Source of the DNA: Chiloscyllium plagiosum
Lineage: Eukaryota
Assembly: GCF_004010195.1 (NCBI RefSeq)
Contig: NC_057751.1
Location: forward strand, 16,103,969-16,151,943
Length of the DNA: 47,975 bases
Direction of reading: 5' to 3'
Below, in pieces: positions 47,426 through 47,975 of this stretch (its first letter is position 1; each line of letters opens with the position of its first letter). The position numbers and the translations under genes were made by a program. A model generated the notes under the pieces. That model saw nothing but the letters and a program-made list of their open reading frames with translations. It ran no database searches and was not told where the DNA came from.

Positions 47426-47975
47426 AGAACATAGAACAATACAGCACAGAACAGGCCCTTCGGCCCACAATGTTGTGCCGAACATTTGTCCTAGCTTAAG
47501 CACCCATCCGTGTATCTATCCAATTGCCACTTAAAGGTCACCAATGATTCTGACTCTGCCACTCCCAGAGGCAGCGCATTCCATGCCCCCACCATTCTCT
47601 GGGTAAAGAACCTACCCATGACATCCCCCCTATACCTTCCACCCTTCACCTTAAATTTATGTCCCCTTGTAACACTCTGTTGTACCTGGGGAAAAAGTCT
47701 CTGATTGNNNNNNNNNNNNNNNNNNNNNNNNNNNNNNNNNNNNNNNNNNNNNNNNNNNNNNNNNNNNNNNNNNNNNNNNNNNNNNNNNNNNNNNNNNNNN
47801 NNNNNNNNNNNNNNNNNNNNNNNNNNNNNNNNNNNNNNNNNNNNNNNNNNNNNNNNNNNNNNNNNNNNNNCAAGTCACCCCTCATCCTTCGCCGTTCCAA
47901 TGAGAAAAGGCCTAGCACTCTCAACCTATCCTCGTACGACCTATTCTCCATACCAGGCAATATCCTGGTAAATCT
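47425..47975 (-). mobile_element. CR1 LINE 3' end, another subfamily (gap at 47708-47870)
   Basis: tagaacatagaac tail; [23 protein letters not shown]. Confidence 0.9.

Overview
Eukaryotic, repeat-dominated, apparently non-coding DNA with four assembly gaps. The repeat families (HE1/V-SINE-like SINEs, HER1/CR1-type LINEs) point to a cartilaginous fish, probably a shark; this is an inference. I recognise no intact host gene. Most ORFs in the track are decayed CR1/L2, Rex-Babar or Tx1 reverse-transcriptase fragments, their antisense frames, or gap read-through. Other elements are three tRNA-derived SINE families, a solo LTR, two Tigger-like MITEs and LINE-derived or element-internal minisatellites. 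The most notable system is two families of short Penelope-like non-autonomous elements. They carry minimal hammerhead-ribozyme cores with a palindromic short stem III, often occur as fold-back inverted copies, and have 12-16 bp target duplications (one of 56 bp). Other leads are a strand-biased CAGTCA/TGANTGACAG motif cluster at 27.7-28.9 kb, a 193 bp insert between 13 bp direct repeats with weak hepadnavirus-like translation, and a few candidate exons. Family names come from recall and were not checked by search. Boundaries of old repeats are approximate.
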